Below, in pieces: positions 44,259 through 45,673 of a stretch of 45,673 bases of DNA. Source of the stretch: a virus (lineage: Duplodnaviria; Caudoviricetes); IMG/VR virus record IMGVR_UViG_3300033067_001965, positions 1-45,673 of that record; one strand, given 5' to 3'. A program made the translations under genes and the position numbers. The notes beneath the pieces are model-generated. The model did not search any database. It was not told where the DNA came from and worked only from the letters and a program-made list of their open reading frames with translations. How positions within the stretch are numbered: position 1 is the stretch's first letter; every line of letters starts with the position of its first letter.

Positions 44259-44853
44259 ACGTTTTGAAAAAATCTTGCAGAAATTCCCCGCACAGGGAGC
44301 GGGGGACGTGTTCCACCCGAGCGTTACCGTGCGCGGTTCGGGTGCGCTGTAGCGCCCGCGCGGGGCGCTAGTATCCGACTACCCTACACCACGGAACCGT
44401 CAAATCGGCCTGGAGGGATCGGATATCAACCGCCAACCCCCGTTCCTGACGACTCCTTAAAACGGGAAACTGGTTGAGCGGCTGGCAGGATGAAAATCCC
44501 GGATGCCAGCACAAAATACCGGGATCGTGTCGCTCCTCCCAGGTTATACGGGATGGTCTCACGGCTCCTCTTGCAACCAATGCCGGAGGAGTCGATATGC
44601 GCAGCCGTCCCGATTACCGGGATGGTTTGGGATTCACTGGAAGGTTACGACTCATGACGTGTGCGGCGGAGCAATGGTTAAAGCTCGCAAGAAGCTCCCA
44701 GGTTGAGTTATAACGGCCGATGCCGCACACGGGAAGCAAAAACAACCCCTAAGCGATCCTGGCGCAAATACGGGCTTAGGGCAAAAAGCGTGCCTTGTGT
44801 AACAAAGTTCCTGGAATCTTGCCAAGCGCCCGCGCGGGCGCAGAAGGGGAGTC

Positions 44854-45111
44854 ATGAACATCGACGACATTTCTGATGAAGCGGTGGTGTCCCTGGGGCT
44901 GTTGCTCGCCGGGAGAGAATACGTCATCGGGGTGGATAGCTCTAGCCTGTGCGTTGTGTGCGTTGACGGGCTGGCGCGGTGGATCGGAGACGAGCTAGAC
45001 GAGCTTTTCGCCTGCGGGCTGGTCTCGGAAGTCTCGGGGAGCATCCAGGTTGCCGAGAACGCGGGCTACTGGCACGAAAAGCTTTGCAAGAAAAGGAGAC
45101 TGGTCAAGTGA
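44854..45111 (+). CDS. Hypothetical protein, possibly winged-helix-like
   Basis: GGGGAG RBS and LDELFACGLV. Confidence 0.6.
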   Translation: MNIDDISDEAVVSLGLLLAGREYVIGVDSSSLCVVCVDGLARWIGDELDELFACGLVSEVSGSIQVAENAGYWHEKLCKKRRLVK

Positions 45112-45374
45112 GTACCCTACTCGGACTTGTGCCCCTGGAGATGTGGAGAGTATTGCGACCCAGCCCGACTACTGGGCAAATCTGGTTTCGGCAACAACTC
45201 CTCAGAGAAGCCTACAACAACCCCGACGCGCCCGCGCGGGCGCGGATGACCCGAGACGACATCCGGCGGGAATACTGGCTACTCTCCAGGGAAGTGGCGC
45301 AGACAGAGTTCAGGCTCTGCGCCCGCCGCATCTGCCGGGAACACTACCGGGATCTCCGCCGGAACTCTTTTTAA
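45108..45374 (+). CDS. Hypothetical protein
   Basis: AAGGAG RBS and GTGA coupling. Confidence 0.6.
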   Translation: MSTLLGLVPLEMWRVLRPSPTTGQIWFRQQLLREAYNNPDAPARARMTRDDIRREYWLLSREVAQTEFRLCARRICREHYRDLRRNSF

Positions 45375-45461
45375 GAAAACTTCCGAAATCGTGTTGACAT
45401 CCGGCGCGCCGGGTGTATTATTCCCTTGTCGAGCTAACCAACCCCAAACGCAAGGTGATGT
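45370..45461 (+). promoter_or_regulatory. Early promoter/RBS cassette, copy D
   Basis: TTGACA(45394)-16 nt-TATTAT(45416), then TTGTCGAGC..AACCCCAAACGCAAGGTG. Confidence 0.85.
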
Positions 45462-45673
45462 ATGATGACCGCACGCGGAACCAAGACCACCACCGGCAAC
45501 TTCTCCGCAACTGTCAAAGCCCTGTTGAAGTTCCCGACCGAAGCCAAGTTGTTCAAGAGCTTCAAGAACGTAATCGTCAAGCCCACCGAAACCGTGTCCC
45601 TGGGCGATGGCGTTTGGGACGGGGGAACGCGGTCGATGTTTTATATCATGTGCTTCTACAAGACCGATAACGT
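45462..45673 (+). CDS. 5' part of a gene truncated by the window edge
   Basis: MMTARGTKTTTGNFSATVKALL... stays open to the end of the window, after the cassette RBS. Confidence 0.65.
   Translation, partial: MMTARGTKTTTGNFSATVKALLKFPTEAKLFKSFKNVIVKPTETVSLGDGVWDGGTRSMFYIMCFYKTDN

Larger units (their letters stand above)
83..45243. repeat. Dispersed perfect 16-bp palindrome GCGCCCGCGCGGGCGC, 44 exact copies counted by eye
   Basis: Exact copies start at 83, 574, 1483, 2237, 3189, 3700, 5484, 7224, 8228, 9300, 10313, 11018, 12867, 13751, 14353, 15775, 17796, 18539, 19288, 20727, 21872, 23474, 24045, 25932, 26420, 27676, 29343, 30472, 31346, 32594, 34165, 35058, 35919, 36228, 37308, 37749, 39549, 40890, 41621, 41961, 42390, 43769, 44826 and 45228. 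Near-copies lie at about 4392, 14599, 21939, 25051 and 44352. Confidence 0.98.
1..45673. mobile_element. Tailed phage (Caudoviricetes) genome or prophage with a Mu-like head module, probable Planctomycete host
   Basis: TerS, TerL, portal, protease/scaffold, capsid, gp36-like adaptor, tail tube, chaperone and tape measure occur in canonical order. No host housekeeping genes are present. Confidence 0.93.

Noticed and set aside
83-45243. Palindromes as a CRISPR array or integron attC cassette array
   Set aside because: The intervals are 0.3-2 kb of core phage genes and many copies lie inside CDS. There are no cas or integron integrase genes and no attC core-site structure.
83-45243. Palindromes as intrinsic terminators
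   Set aside because: They lack U-tracts and occur between and inside co-transcribed late genes.
1-45673. Terminal redundancy or a complete circular genome
   Set aside because: The two ends share no overlapping sequence and both cut through genes. Absence of integrase, replicase or endolysin therefore applies only to this window.

Overview
The window is most of a GC-rich tailed phage or prophage genome, with partial genes at both ends. The likely host is a Planctomycete (Gemmataceae-like), inferred from recalled protein families rather than a search. A long leftward late operon (~37.3 kb to ~4.8 kb) encodes TerS, TerL, a GT25/beta-propeller fusion, a Mu-like portal fused to a zincin domain, a protease/scaffold, capsid, head-tail adaptor, tail tube, chaperone, short tape measure, tail proteins, two SAM methyltransferases and a cluster of exported proteins with a papain-like protease. 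Early or accessory genes include a DNA methyltransferase, a tandem RHH regulator, tRNA-like RNAs, RusA, a ParB-like protein and a Rad52-like annealing protein. The most striking feature is a perfect 16-bp palindrome, GCGCCCGCGCGGGCGC. I count 44 exact copies by eye, spaced 0.3-2.0 kb apart, at gene junctions and in-frame inside every gene longer than 2 kb. Other notable features are a 234-aa gene overprinted inside an insertion in TerL, repeated promoter/stem-loop/RBS cassettes, three aberrant tRNA-like elements, and shared Tyr-centred motifs in head proteins. I found no integrase, DNA polymerase, primase/helicase or canonical endolysin. All family calls are motif recognition by eye.
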